Assembly: GCA_051530055.1 (NCBI GenBank)
Contig: CM121342.1
Location: 14,337,480 to 14,401,479 of the forward strand
DNA: 64,000 nucleotides
Direction of reading: 5' to 3'
From: Neoechinorhynchus agilis
Taxonomy: Eukaryota > Animalia > Acanthocephala
In this document: one piece after another, positions 63,091 to 64,000 of the stretch
Position numbering within the stretch: the first letter of the stretch is position 1
Layout of the letters: every line of letters starts with the position of its first letter
Notes under the pieces: generated by a model
What the model saw: only the letters and a program-made list of their open reading frames with translations
Told to the model about the DNA's origin: nothing
Database searches by the model: none
Position numbers and translations under genes: made by a program

Positions 63091-63889
63091 ATGTCTATTG
63101 GTAGTTCATCATCGACTGAATCGGAAGATGAACTCAGGTGTGTGATCTGTATGGAGAAGTATGCTCCGTCCGCATTCGTCAAATCAAAAAATTGTGGTCA
63201 CGGTGCATGTGGTTTGTGTATGGTGAAATGGATGTGTGCGACGCCAGCCAAAGTTCGATTGTCCACTTGCCCACTTTGCCGGTCGAACCTTTTTGAACGA
63301 GATATCTGTCATCTTGTTTACCTAAATCAAAGACCAATCGATGGAATGTCCATCGAAATACTCGACACCATCAAATTTGCTACAGCGTGCACAGAGCCTA
63401 AATTTAGACTAAGATACGTAAAGCGAATGCTGTATCATCGGGCGATTTTCGTTTCGAAAATAGAGAATCCGGACGATCCATCGGAAGGAACTTCTCGGTG
63501 GGTTCGTCCGACTTCAAAAGATATATTTACTCAAGAAACTCTTTAACGAAGAACCTCCTTCTTAAAGATTCTTGAATAGACGAAGACCAAGTTATTTCAA
63601 TAGAATGTACTCGTTTCTTGTGAACGAGCTTCGAATACTTTACTGCTATCAAAGAAAGGCTCCGAGACGTTTGGCGAAATATGTCCAAAGGTACGGCTTG
63701 GATTCCAGCATTTTCAAAGAAAAAACTGAGAAGTTCGTTCATTCCGCTTTCGTTGATCAATTCATCCATGAACTTATAATGTTCTGCAAGCTTTATCCAG
63801 GCCTTAAATACGCTCACAATTACTCAATTTACAATGGAAAAACGTTGAGAGACCTGTGTAAAGAACCGCAATTACTTGTATTTCTTTGA
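63091..63889 (+). CDS. RING-HC E3 ubiquitin ligase, TOPORS-like
   Basis: C3HC4 RING CVICMEKY..CGHGACGLC..W..CPLCR. Downstream frame RMYSFLVNELRIL...FVDQFIHELIMF resembles the TOPORS post-RING domain (RL.PWL.REL..HF.HE..F). The two ORFs can be joined by a putative ~70-nt GT-AG intron (63499-63568). Confidence 0.68.
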
Positions 63890-64000
63890 ATCCCAAAAAA
63901 TAGATAGAAAGCTTCAGCGAAAGACTGAAATGCGAAATTGCCGCATAAATCAACCATTACAATGGAATCATCGAAATAATTCAACTGCAAATTAAATGTA

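Overview
Eukaryotic, most likely invertebrate, genomic window. It is AT-rich with many short (about 30-55 nt) GT-AG introns; the taxon cannot be determined from sequence alone. From left to right: the 3' half of an ABCC/MRP transporter; a 12.6-kb array of a 109-bp satellite; a 5'-truncated CRE-clade (RLE-type) non-LTR retrotransposon with an in-frame triplicated zinc knuckle; then host genes. These are a Cys-rich membrane protein, a VWA+EB-like protein, an M17 leucyl aminopeptidase, a secreted S/T/P-rich orphan, an ABHD-type hydrolase, a PCBD dehydratase missed by the ORF track, SNRNP25, two convergent PI-PLC-X-like paralogs, PCBP/mub and a TOPORS-like RING gene. TE relics are interspersed: five further CRE 3' fragments, two L2/CR1-like fragments, Penelope pieces, a pogo-like element and a TA-flanked MITE. 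A 340-bp tandem array lies near the right end. The most unusual structure is at 37.9-49.5 kb. There a near-identical head-to-head inverted duplication of a decayed multi-KH gene plus a pogo relic encloses a divergent POU-like homeobox, and the block is bracketed by a 307-bp direct repeat belonging to a split Penelope element. A candidate B-box plus C/D snoRNA unit lies at 48.5 kb. I did not find a clearly novel multi-gene system; the best leads are structural. All calls come from manual reading and recalled family motifs, with no searches run. Single-base indels may be assembly errors.
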